Shown: positions 12,336 to 24,002 of the stretch, piece by piece
How positions within the stretch are numbered: the first letter of the stretch is position 1
Layout of the letters: the number at the start of each line of letters is the position of its first letter
NCBI RefSeq assembly: GCF_004010195.1
Contig: NC_057719.1
Coordinates: 88,748,788-88,789,154, forward strand
Origin: Chiloscyllium plagiosum
Lineage: Eukaryota
DNA: 40,367 nt
Direction: 5' to 3'
Translations under genes and position numbers: made by a program
The notes under the pieces: generated by a model
Databases searched by the model: none
Seen by the model: only the letters and a program-made list of their open reading frames with translations
What the model was told of the DNA's origin: nothing

Positions 12336-14829
12336 CTTAGTTCCAGGGTTATGCAGCAATCTATTCCAGACAAATGCTACCATTTGAGAACTATATTTAG
12401 ATTGAGCTTTCATTGTAGTGATGAAGAAATGCTGTATTGTCAGCAGCCATCCTTAAATAAACATTAAACTAAGATATTATCTGCCTATTCCAATCACTCA
12501 CATGTATATTAATAATCACAGGGCAGAAAGAGCGAGGAGCATTCCAGCCAGCACATTGTATTCAACCAATATTACAAACCAATCAACCAATCACTCTTCC
12601 TGTTTAGTACATAAAAGGTTCACACATCACAAAGAGGACAATCAGGTTCCCACCCTCATTCTCGATGAATCCTCTTAATAGATTTAAAATTTAGAATAGA
12701 TAAATGCCTGCCCAATTTTTCTTCTGGTGTAATTTAATTGAACTTTCCATTTCTACTAATAACACACAATGGAATTAGATGAAGTATCAAATACCACTTC
12801 TATATACAGGCTTTGAAGATCTTCATATTGCTCCAACAATTTAAAGCTTTGGAAAATTAATTTGCTATATAGAAGGAATATCTACTGTTAGCATATATAG
12901 TTAAAGAACATATTTCAAATTTCTAAATAAGTGAAATTAAATATTTCATCATACTCTGCTGATGGCTAGAGCCTTGTCCACTGGCTGGAGAGACTATGGC
13001 AATTCTGCCATGGTTATTTCCCAGAGCTTAATGGGTTGAATGCCAGGCAGGCACTAACTACCTGTCCATGGGCGTTCCAAAGGTTTTCAGCATAAGGATC
13101 CTGTCTCCAAGACATGACAGCCACAGGCCTCTAAGTTCTACAGTCTCAGCAATGAAAGCAGTGGGAGCACAGAAAATTCAAGATATGGATAAGGACTTGG
13201 AGTTCCTAGAAAGTAACAAAGGTGGGAGCGGACTCATCATAGCCAGTCATGAAGACCCCAGCAAACTGAAGGAGGTGCCATTTTGAGTGGATGTTGAAAG
13301 ATCCTCCCACTGGGGTAGCCCTTGCCACGTGGGGCCTTTTGTGGCTAAACTAGAGTCCTTTCCCCCAGTCCATAGTCAGCCCTGCAGACTTTACTGGACA
13401 ACTTGCCTATGTAACAGATGAAGAGGTCTCTACTTCAGGGCCAAACTTGACGTTCCCTCCCCCTGACGTAATGGGTGGGAGTCAGAAAAACAATGAGCTC
13501 TTCACCCTTAACCTTCCTGCCCCAGTTATACAGCACATCTCACTGTGGCCCATTTTCTTTCCAGTCTGCCCATTATAATGTTTGATTTCCTTGTCAATCA
13601 AAGATCTGTGTAATTCAGCCTTGATTCAATGACTCTGCGGTAATGAATCCTGAATAATGATGGCCCTGTGAATGAAGAAATTCATCCTCAACAGTCTTAT
13701 GAGAGCCCCCAAATAAATTCACAGGCAAATAAATTCCCTTTGTGTTGTCACATGCATCTTTCTTGAAGGATTGAATACAATATGTTTTCTTCCCACACTG
13801 GAATCCCAAGAAAAAAAACTGGAAAAACCTCAAAAGCAGGCAACTGATTATAATCAGACTTCACTGTGCAGCTATCTCGTGCCCATTCCTACTAATGACA
13901 ACTTTGTGCCATCTGTTAATTTAATTAATCACCTTTCATGTTATCAGGGCTGTAGTCGCAGGAACAAAGTGGTGAGTATCTTATAAGGCCTTCTAAGTGG
14001 AATTTAAGTTGGGAGATTTATGAATTGTAAGGACAGCGATGCAGAATGGAAAGGCCCTGGGTAAAGTATTGATAGTACTTCGCTATCAAAAAGCTGAGGT
14101 TCATTAATCATTCTTAATCAGCATTAAGTACAAAATCTTAAATTCCAAGCAGCTCTTAGAACTAAACAAGGCACCTGCTTTTCCGCCCAATCACTGCATC
14201 CCTGTCCAGTCCACTTTCTGCACCCCATTATTCGCTCTCACTCTCTGCCGCCCTTGTCATTCTCTCCCACTTTCCGCCACCCTGTCATTCCCACTCCCCT
14301 GACAAACTCATTACTCCCCTGTTATTCCCTTCCACTGTCTGCTATCTTGTCATTCCCACTCATCGCTCCACTGTCAAACCCACTCACTGCTCCCATCATT
14401 CCGTTCCACTCATCGCTCACCTTTCAAACCTTTCCCGTTCCACTCTACTTTCAAACCCTCCCACTCTCCACTCCATGCAAAACTCCCTTCCTCGCCGCTT
14501 TTGTTAAAACCTCTGCTCTGCCCTCGCTTGTTAAACTTATCTGTTCTTCACTTACTTTCCTGAAGCTTCCCTCTCCCCTCTTCCTCTCCTAGGTTGTTTT
14601 GATCATCACTTCCTCTCTCAAATCATTGCTGTGAGAAATGGGTCAGGAGAAAGTGAACAAGGGTGAGAGGAATTGAGAATAGATACAGCAAAATGGAGTT
14701 TTAAATGGAGAAGTGGCTGTTGCGAGAGTGTCTTGGGGAGCAGCAGAGGCCACTTTAAAAATGGCACTGATGGGTCATGACGTCAGGTCAACATTAAATG
14801 AAATAATGTATACAACACTATGGAGTGCA

Positions 14830-16275
14830 CGGTGAAGAAACGAATGACAATGACATAAAATTGGAAATATTATCATAAATTGGAGAAACAGATCCTAAAA
14901 AGGAAATAACTCTGAAACAAAACAATGCTTGTTGGGGTAACTTAAAACAAGGACCTCCTATGTCAAGGAAGTGTAGATAAACCAACAGTAAAAGGTGCAT
15001 TTGTGAAGAATGATACTATTCAGAGTGATGTACCTGAAACTATCGAGGAGAAAGTGAGGACTGCAGATGCTGGAGATCACACTGTAAGTAATCTAATCTA
15101 ATCAGAGATGAAAATGTGTTGCTGGAAAAGCGCAGTAGGTTTATGCCCGAAACGTCGATTCTCCTGTTCCTTGGATGCTGCCTGACCTGCTGCGCTTTAC
15201 CTGAAACTATCCTAAAGGTAGCTGGTGCAAAAGGAAACAGTGAAACTGTGTCGATGGCCTGGATGATAGTTCCTGGATGTGGTATTTTCAGTGAGATCTG
15301 TGCTGAAAATAGGTTGTGTTTAACTAAAGGCAGATCCTGTAATGTTCTTCTGGCATCATAACTGGGAACATTCCAGCATCTTCTTGATACATGTGCATGA
15401 CTTCTTATAGGAGTACTGTGAAATTTCAGAAATGTACTCCAAATAAGATTGGAGTAGAATTTAAAATTGAGAACAGACTTCTGTGACATTAACATGTATT
15501 GATTTAGATATGAAGCAATAGGTTCTTGAATAACTTCAAGTCAACAACTGTATTCAGAGGATGTTTTGCCCAAATCAGTTGGGTGTGTTAGGTCATCACA
15601 AAAAGATGATGTTATATCTAAAGAAGGAACAGACGGTTTATGAAGCTGGTTAGTCAGTTGTTCAACTATTTGTGCACTCAGATGAGATCAGCTGCAGCTT
15701 TGCTGCATTGGAGCTAAGTACGATGATGAAATATCCTAAACTACAGAATGTTTTTAAGGATAAGTAGTACATTACAAAATTAAAATTGAAGCTCCCTTTC
15801 TCAGGTGACTTCGAGAACTTGAAGCTAGATATTTTTTCTAGGAATATTTTACCTTCTCATTTTCAGAATGTATATTCAAATACAGGTGATTACATAATAT
15901 CTGATAGATCAAAAATGCAGAAGTTGCCCTTTAGCTTGGAATTTTAAAAAAGTGTTTCTAAAAGAACGCTGATTACTTAAACCTGTCTTTGTGAAAGGTG
16001 ACTGAGGGATTCAATTTGTCAAATATTTTAAGAAAGATTTTGTACACTCGGCACAATGAAAACACCCATTGTATATTTTTAAGATGAACATTTAGTGTAG
16101 CACAATGTTCACTCGACAAAGGGTGAAAATGGAGAAGGGTTACAGATTAAACTTGCGAACTTGAAACAAATTTCTAAAATCAAATGGGTGGATGCAAGTC
16201 ATAAACTCTGATTATTTTGCATAAAGCAATACGTATATAAAGAGGTACTCGAGGAAGGGTATACATTCAATGTAA
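14830..16275 (+). pseudogene. Decayed Ty1/copia (GalEa-like) pol: RT + RNase H
   Basis: KGAFVK, CVDGLDDSSWMWYF, GCV*LKADPVMFFW..IFLIHVHDFL (HVDDF), ELSTMMKYP, CPLAW, NVHSTK, ISKIKWVDASHKL, in copia order with frameshifts. Confidence 0.8.
15045..15197. mobile_element. Minimal PLE insertion (inverted plus forward pLTR) with 14-bp TSD
   Basis: TACCTGAAACTATC at 15031-15044 and 15198-15211. Confidence 0.88.
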
Positions 16276-16488
16276 GGCTTTGGACAGAACAATTTTAAAA
16301 ATTTAATTCATTTTAAAACTGTAGCTGTGCACGTCAGCTATTTTTTCATATAAAAAAATGCATATGTCTATATGCGGATATACATTTCTTACACAAACAA
16401 CATTTTCAGTACATGGAAAGAAAAGGATAAGATAACAGTAGAAATAGAAAAGACATAAAAATATACAAAGAAATATAAGCATTCTTAC

Positions 16489-16572
16489 CAGTTGGCTACG
16501 TTCATATTCAGCTATTTTCTCCATTTCTTCATTCATCTTTTCTATGTTTTGCTTTCTCCTTTCCTCCCACTC
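16489..16572 (-). CDS. CCDC9: CCDC9-family coding exon, 84 nt, phase 0-0: EWEERRKQNIEKMNEEMEKIAEYERSQL
   Basis: Minus strand reads ttgttttgaaaccag|GAGTGG...CAACTG|gtaaga (canonical AG/GT). The peptide is nearly identical to human CCDC9 EWEERRRQNIEKMNEEMEKIAEYERNQR as recalled from memory. A CCDC9B-type paralogue is not excluded. Confidence 0.92.
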
Positions 16573-17203
16573 CTGGTTTCAAAACAAGGCCAGTTAGGAA
16601 CATTTTATTTTACTATTATGGGTAAAGTAAAAAGACAGATGGTGTATCTTGTTCAGCAAGCAGTCTCAATGGCCAAAATCAATGTTAAGGTGTTAAATCA
16701 AGCAGGGTCACTGGACCCAAAACATTGATTTTGCTTTTTCTCCACAAATGCTATCAGACCTGCTGAGTTTCTCCAGCAATTTCTGCTTTTGTTATTAAAC
16801 TGCTAACATTGCTTCTCTTACTGCCAACCACACCAAATCCCCACATATAAACTGTGAATGGCCTGTTTGACGTCAACATTCAACAGCACAGAAACAAATA
16901 TTTCGGAAACATCCACTTTTAGAATAAAATGTATAATAGGAATAGTGAAAAATTGAAAAAAACAAAGCATCAGAGTAAATCATCATAAAATATAATTGAT
17001 CTTCAAGCTGTTAGACTAGTTAAGTAGCTTTAGTTTGCTAAATGTCAAAGGTGATCAATCCATTCTGGAGTTGAATAACTTTTAAGAAGTTGGCTCAACA
17101 AAAATGGAGCATTTCAAGCAGGTCCTGTGCACATTGATAATCTTGATAATGAAGTATATCAAGTACACTTCAATTAAAATCCATGTTGGTCCCATGTGTT
17201 TGG

Positions 17204-17521
17204 TTAGATTAGATTTCCTATAGTGTGGAAACAGGCCCTTTGGCCCAACAAGTCCACACCAACCCTCTGAAGAGTAACTCACTAGAATCATTTCCCTACA
17301 TTTACTTCTAACTAATGCAGCTAACACTATGGGCAATTTAGCATAGCCAATTCACCTGATCTGCACTTTTTTTTTGGAATGTAGGAGGAAACCGGAGCAT
17401 CGGAGGAAACCCACGTAGACATGGGGAGAATTTACAAACTCCACATAATGAGTCGTCCAAAGCCGGAATCGAACTCGATTCCCTGGCACTGTGAGGCAGC
17501 AGTGCTAACCATCGAGTCACC
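17204..17521 (-). mobile_element. HE1/V-SINE (tRNA-derived)
   Basis: A/B-box head at the right end, V-core, (TCTAA)n tail. Confidence 0.88.
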
Positions 17522-17954
17522 GGCATGTCCTTGGGCCTCCTCCATCGCCAAACCTGATGCCTGGAGGAAGAATGTCTCATCTTCTGCCTTGGGACTCTCC
17601 AACCACACGGTTTCAATGCAGATTTCACCAGTTTCCTCATTTTCCCTCCCCCCACCTTATCCCAGTTCCAACCTTCCAACTTGGTACCGCCCCCTTGTCC
17701 TGTCCTACCTGTCTATCTTCCTTCCCACCTATCCGCTCCACCCTCCTCTCCGACCTGTCACTTTCACCCTCACCTTCATCTACCTATCGCATTCCCAGCT
17801 ACCTTCACACAATCCCCACCTTCCTCCCATTTATCTCTCAGCCCCCTTGGCCCACACGCCTCATTCCTGATGAAGGCTAATGCCCAGAAGGTCAATTCTC
17901 CTGCTCCTCGGATACTGCCTGACTGGCTGTGCTTTTCCAGCACCATGCTTTTCG
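17522..17954 (+). mobile_element. Neptune-type PLE 3' end
   Basis: Homologous to 31350-31767; CTGATGA at 17867-17873. Confidence 0.85.
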
Positions 17955-18592
17955 ACACTTCAATTAAGAATGTGTGCAAAGGAATAATACTTTCATGAAA
18001 TGGGTAAACTGGGGCTAGGTTTGGAGTATACAAAACCTAAACTGTGTAAGACTAACAGTGCAGAACCCACATACATCAGTAAAATTCTAATTGTTAACAG
18101 AAAGTTACCAAAAGAATATTTTACGATTGCAAGGTATGAAGTGATAAATATTGCACATTTATTGAAACTTAATAAGACATTGCCAAGTACAGGAATGAAC
18201 CTCAGAGTAAACAAAATAACTTAAAGCATTTTGCATGTCAAATCATATTTTAGCTTCATTACCATTTTAAATAGGCAAATAATTGGGATGTACAACACGC
18301 AAAACTAACAATTGGAAGTTTGTCAGCCTGCTTCTAACTAATAAACTATTGAAGATATGGATAAGGAACTGTCATAATACTTGCTCTATTTCCTTAAGGA
18401 CCCTTGACGGGGATACCATCTGGACCAGCAACCCCCCGATTTTAATCCCAGATCAAGTTTATCATCATCCTTCATTTCTCTTGTGGCATACTGAGTTAAA
18501 AAAGTCTTATGTCAGTTCAACAAATCTTTCATTTCCACTTTGACTGCATTAGTTATTTTTTAAGAAAAACTTTTCACAGGATATGGGCATTA

Positions 18593-20872
18593 CAGAGGAA
18601 CCTCGATTATCTGAACGAGATGGGTGGACACTATTTCATTCGGATAATTGATTATTTGGTTAATTGATTCAATGCCTCTTCTCTGGGCCTCGGAGTTTCC
18701 TGAAGTTTCCTTTTCCCTCGCTCTGCCTGCCTTGCTCCCTCTCTCTGTCTCAGAGCTTGCTTCTAAGCAGACACACACTTGTGTGTCAGGGATTTGAGGC
18801 ATTGCTGAAGCCTCCCCACCACCGCACCCTCCAAGCAGTTCAATAGGATTGACACAGCGAGCACTTGCTAAGTCTGCTCCCCGTTCAGGAGGCTAGGCGG
18901 TAGCACACCGCGCGAGAAAGTCTGTAGCCTTAAAACTTGCTCTTAAACATTTAGACTAAAATGTAATATTGAATTATAGAACACATTTGCTGCACACTAG
19001 AAAATATACGGGCAGGGAGGGTTGGGCCACAAAAAAGGGGGGAACCCAAGTTATGCAGAAGATAAAGATATCTGTTCTCACCAAACAAAAGCAGGATGCT
19101 CTAAGGCAATTAAGAACATTTGCCTTAACATCAGTGAATCTGTGTAAACAGGACACTGAGTGATAACATTCACGGCTGTTCCCGTGTGAAATTAATGACA
19201 GTGTTTGATTCTGACCTTGAAACAAAACTCAGTATCATCAAAAGCCTTGTAATTGACGGTCAGGTCCTATCAATTACAATGGATTTATATTACCCCTTGC
19301 AAGCTCGGCAGACACAGAGGGAAAAACATCTTTTCTGTTACAAGTCCCTGACTTGAGAGTTCAAAAGGACACCAGAGAGAGAGAGAGAAAGAGAAAGAGA
19401 GAGAGACCATTTTAGTACTGGGACTGCCAAAGCCAGTAGAAAATTAAACTCTTTGTGCTTATTTGCTATGGATTGAACTCAATTGAATTTTCGGGACTTT
19501 ATGATGATTTTGAGTAGCCATTACTGGTTATGAAGTGCAAACTCTGTAAAAGATAATATTGATGAAGCTTTAACTTACTTGCTGTTCTTGCAGACAATTC
19601 TACAGACCTTACAGACTACCTCACTGTCAACTCTAACCACTCCAATCTTATGTTTTATTTGAACTTGAATCACAACCCTGAAAAGAAAGCATATTTAATT
19701 CCAGACTAACGAATCAATTTAAATGCAACCTTACGGTAACATTTAAGTCTCAGGTACAGAATGATTTAGTGCTTAAGATAAAAAGCAGGAGTCTGCTCCG
19801 ATCTTAAAAATTATTCTAAACCTAACATTGAAGAGATTCTGACACAATCTGTCAGGAAACCATTTTATGGTCAAATGTTTGCCCTCCTTGCTAAGAAGCC
19901 ATTTTGTAAAACAATTGTATCTAACATGCGAGCAATTAGCTCAGACTGGTACCTCTTTATGATAGCAGCTTATCTCGCCTACAGACACCTAACTCAGCTG
20001 GACTTGTTTTCCCACCTAACAGATAATCAAGGCCTGTAGGAGTGATTATTCAAGTGCACACAGATCTGTCAATTAACTTCTCTTTCTTACGAATTATTGT
20101 AATAATTAAGAACATGCAGTGTTTTTGTAAACTTTTTGTATAAAGGAAGCCTGTTTGTTACAGTACAGCAGAGTAGCTGCTCGGGCTCTTAAAGAGCTGG
20201 TGCCCTACTCTCCTGGGTTATTAGAACCCAGTTAGTTTAGTTTATAGGGATTAGTGTTATGTTGTAACAGTGATGCTATTGATAAATAAAGAGGATGACA
20301 AAAATTAAACTAAACTATCTGTGAGAGGTTTTTTATTCCAGGCTACCAAAAAAAAGGATCTGCAGGACGAATTAAGAGAGACTTACAGGTTGAATCCACA
20401 AGGGATTCCCTGGGCCGTCTCAAATCTGTACTTTAAAATGCACGTGAGGCCCTGACCAGCCAGACTGCTGGTGTGTGTGTGTGTGTTGGGGGGGGGGGAA
20501 AGAGTCTCAAAATAATGTACACACACCATTTTGACAGGTTACACCTTTGCCCTATACAGGACAACGTTGGAGAGATTATCTAGGGAAGGGGGTTTAGGGT
20601 ACACCCCTGCGTATAACTCCAGGGAAAATGTGGTGAAAGAGAGAGAGGGCGAGTGGTCAGTTATTTGGAGCTATGCCTAGGCTCCCATCAATGGCCAGGA
20701 CTGTTCTCAGCAGCATTGCAGTAAGTAGAGTTCATTTTTCGTTACGGTAAACAAAAGACACGATCAGTGTTGAAACAGCTCTTTGATGTAATGTTTCTAT
20801 CAGGACCTTGAGATCTTCTTTGGATAATCCGAAATTCGGATAAATGATATTTGGATAATTGAGGTTCCTCTG
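18593..20872. mobile_element. Non-autonomous Tigger/pogo-like DNA transposon with TA TSD
   Basis: TA|CAGAGGAACCTCGATTATC...GATAATTGAGGTTCCTCTG|TA terminal inverted repeats; a homologous copy lies at 35323-36675. Confidence 0.88.
18923..20348 (+). mobile_element. LTR-like insertion (probable ERV/LTR-retrotransposon LTR) inside the Tigger-like element
   Basis: Ends TGTAGCCT...AGGCTACCA; TATAAA at ~20139 and AATAAA at ~20285; absent from the second Tigger-like copy. No clear TSD. Confidence 0.55.
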
Positions 20873-20874
20873 TA

Positions 20875-21130
20875 TTGACTGGGCCAGTGTTTGTTGCCCA
20901 TCCCTAATTGGCCCAGTAGTGAGCTGGCTTCTTGAACCACTGCATACCGTGTTGTGTATGGACACCCAGGGTGTTATTAGAAAGGGAGTTCCAGTGATAG
21001 TGAGGAAATAGTAATATATTTGCAAGTCAGAATGGTGCGTGGCCTACAGATGAACTTGGTGCTGATTGCAAGCATCAGGTGCCCTTCTCCTTCAAGGTTG
21101 CAGTTGTTGCAGCTTTGGAAAGTGCTGTAC
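20875..21130 (-). mobile_element. LINE 3' end (continues from ~18575-18590), split by the Tigger-like element
   Basis: Flanks rejoin as caggatatgggcatTAttgactgggccag...gcccatccctaatt, the reverse complement of the tail at 11820-11930. Confidence 0.7.
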
Positions 21131-21534
21131 GTCATTAAATTATTGTAGAATTAGACAACATCAAAAAATACACTTGTTTCACACACTTTAAAAATTTGTT
21201 TCATAACTAATCTACCATGTTCAGGTACTGTTTAAGTACAGTATACCATGTAATTGTAACAACTTATGGATTCTGGCAGGTTTGTATAGAGTATATAGCT
21301 CAGGAACAAACTACTATGATGTTACTTGTTTTGACATAGCAGATTTCTTTAAGTGAAAATGGCAACAACCAGATTTTTCCAAACCTTCTGCTGGCCTTAC
21401 TGTTCATCTGAGGTAGCAGTAGCTATGGGACAAATCTATGCTGGTTTTAGGTTTGGTAACTTCTCTTTCACTTTTGGACTTCTCTGAGCTGTGACATTAA
21501 AAGGCTTGAAGATGATTAGTGATATGTACAGCCC

Positions 21535-24002
21535 TTGTGGAGGATAGAGAAGTTAGGAAGAACTTAAACATGGATTTAGGAAAGCTAAAAGGGGCCATGA
21601 AATGTCTTTAGCAAATAGGGTCAAGGAAAATCCTAAGGTTTTGTATGCATATATTAGAAGAAAGAGGATAGCAAGGGAAAGAGTAGGCCCACTCAAAGAC
21701 AAAAGAGGGGAGTTATGTCTGGAGCCACAGTGTTACAACATGGGGTAAGCCCCTCTGTTAAGTGAAACCCAATACAGAGAAGCTCAACTCCGCTGTAATC
21801 TGTTAAATTTCGAGAGGCAAAGAACCATCCAGAGGTCACTATTTAAAGTAAAAATTAACAATTTTATTCTTTAAGTCCAACAGATAACATTAAAACAACA
21901 GCTATTTGCAACTCCTTCCATTTAAACCGATCTTTTACCTCCCACTCTACAATACTGGTCCGATAGATTTCCTCTTAAATTTACAGCAAATCACTTTCAA
22001 ATGCAGTTGTCATCTTCAGATGTTGAACTTTCTCTAGATTGGCTTCACAACTTTCTTATGGACCTTTCAGAGAGTTATCCGGCTGGCCTTATGTTGGTGC
22101 TTGCTTGGCTGTTCTTTGCTGTTCTCCCCCAATTGTTCAAAATGTCCAGTTTTATACCCCAAAACATGGGATCATTTCATTGGTTTGACATCATCCCAAA
22201 CAGTAAAATTCAAATTCAATTGAACTTTGGTATCTGGGACATAATTTAAACTGATTGGCCAAATTTGAATTTATTTTTGTTCTATGGCAATGCAACTCCA
22301 GCTATTTGTTTCAACCAAATGTTACATTTTTAAATTGTTCAGCACACTCCGTGCTTGCTAACTTCCTGTCTCTCTTAAAGGTACAGTACATCTGTACCTT
22401 CATAACAATAGGAAGTGGGGGAAATCCTTAATGAGTATTTTGTATCAATATTCACCAAAGAGAAGGACATGCCTGATGTTGAGGCCAGGGACGGGTGTGA
22501 GAGTACTCTAGAGAATGTCAATATATCGGAGGAGGAAGTTCTGGGGATCCTAAATTGCATTAAGACAACAAGGCCTCAGGGCCAGATGGCATCTGTCCTA
22601 GGTTACTGTGAGAGGAAAGGGAAGAAATACTTGGGGCACTAGCAGATACTTTCACATCGTCTTTGACCACAGGCAAGGTTCCAGAGGACTGGAGATAAGC
22701 CAATGTTGTTTGTTTGTTTAAGAAAGAAAGCAGGGATAATCCAGGTAATTCTGGCTGGTAAACCCATCATATGTTATGGGGAAGCTATTGGAGAAAATAC
22801 TGATATATGCACATTTGGAAGAAAATGAACTAGTCAGTGACAGGTAGTATGGTTCTGTATGGGGGAGGTCATGTCTCACTAACCTGACTGAATTTTCTGA
22901 AGAGGCGATCATGATAATTGAAGAGGGAACGGCTGTGGATGTAGTTGACATGGACTTTAGTAAGGCATTTTGATAAAATCCCACATGGCAGACTGGTACG
23001 AAAGCTAAAATCACATGGGATTTGGAGTGGGCTGGCTAGATGGATACAAAACTGGCTTGGGCATAGAAGACAGAAAGTAGCAGTGGAAAGGTGTTTTAAA
23101 GAATAGAGACTGGTAACTACTAATGTTCCTCATGGATCAGTCTTAGGTCTTCCAAATGATCTGGAGGAAAATGTGGGTGGTCTGATTAGTAAGTTTGTAG
23201 ATAACACAAAGACTGGAGTTGCTGATAGTGCTGACGATTATGGATAGGATATGGATAGATTTGTGACTTGGGCACAGAAATAGCAGTTGGAGTTTAATTC
23301 AGACTAAGGCAAGGTGATGCATTTTGGAGGGTCAAATTTAGGTGTGAATTATACCGTCACCTTAGGAATATTAACATACAAGTGTTACAGTTCCCCCAAT
23401 GTGGTAATACAGGTGGCCAAGGTGATAAAGGAGGCACATGACATACTTGTCTTCATTGGCCATGGCATGGAGTACAAGAGTTAGCAAATCACGTTGCACT
23501 ATATAAAACCCTTAGTAGGCCGCATTTGGAGAACTGTGCGCAGTTTTGGTTGCCACACTCCCAGAAGGATATGGAAGCTTTGGAGAGAGTGCAGAGAAGG
23601 TTCAGTAGGACGCTGCCTGGTCCGAAGCGCATTGGCTGTGAGGAAAGATTAAAAAGACTGGGATTGTTTTCACTGGAAAGGCTGCAGCTGAGAGGAGATC
23701 TGATAGAGGTCTACAAAATTATGAGAGGCACAGATAGGGTGGATAGCCAAAGGCTTTTGCCCAGGGTTAAAGTTTCTCTTACGAGGGGCACAGGTTCAAG
23801 GTGAGAAGGGGAAAATTTAAGGGAAAGGTGCGAGGGAAGTTTTTCATGCAGAGGATGATAGGTGCCTGGAATGCACTGCCAAAAGAGGTGGTAAAAGCTG
23901 GCATGTTGGCAACTTTTAAGAGACATCTGGATGATTACACGAATAGGGAGGGAATAGTGGGATAAGAACCAAATCTGTGCTGCACTTTTCTTTTGTTCTT
24001 TT
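21535..24002 (+). mobile_element. Decayed CR1 LINE ORF2 (RT) to 3' end
   Basis: VPEDWR, RSCLTNL, VDMDFSKAF, VPHGSVLG, SKFVDNTK, LERVQRR, LFSLERLQLRGDLIEVYKIM; many stops. Confidence 0.95.
21731..22407 (-). mobile_element. Solo LTR (677 bp, probably gypsy) nested in CR1
   Basis: TGTTA...TAACA ends; 4-bp TSD acag/atag; the CR1 frame EPQ|EVGE resumes. Minus-strand TATAAA (~22151) and AATAAA (~21863). Confidence 0.85.

Noticed and set aside
14755..14790. YY1-like AAAATGGC, CRE TGACGTCA and AGGTCA cluster
   Set aside because: Short motifs beside a low-complexity tract and TE fossil; no independent evidence of function.
21401..21489. Minus-strand AG...GTAAG candidate exon
   Set aside because: Stops in all three frames.
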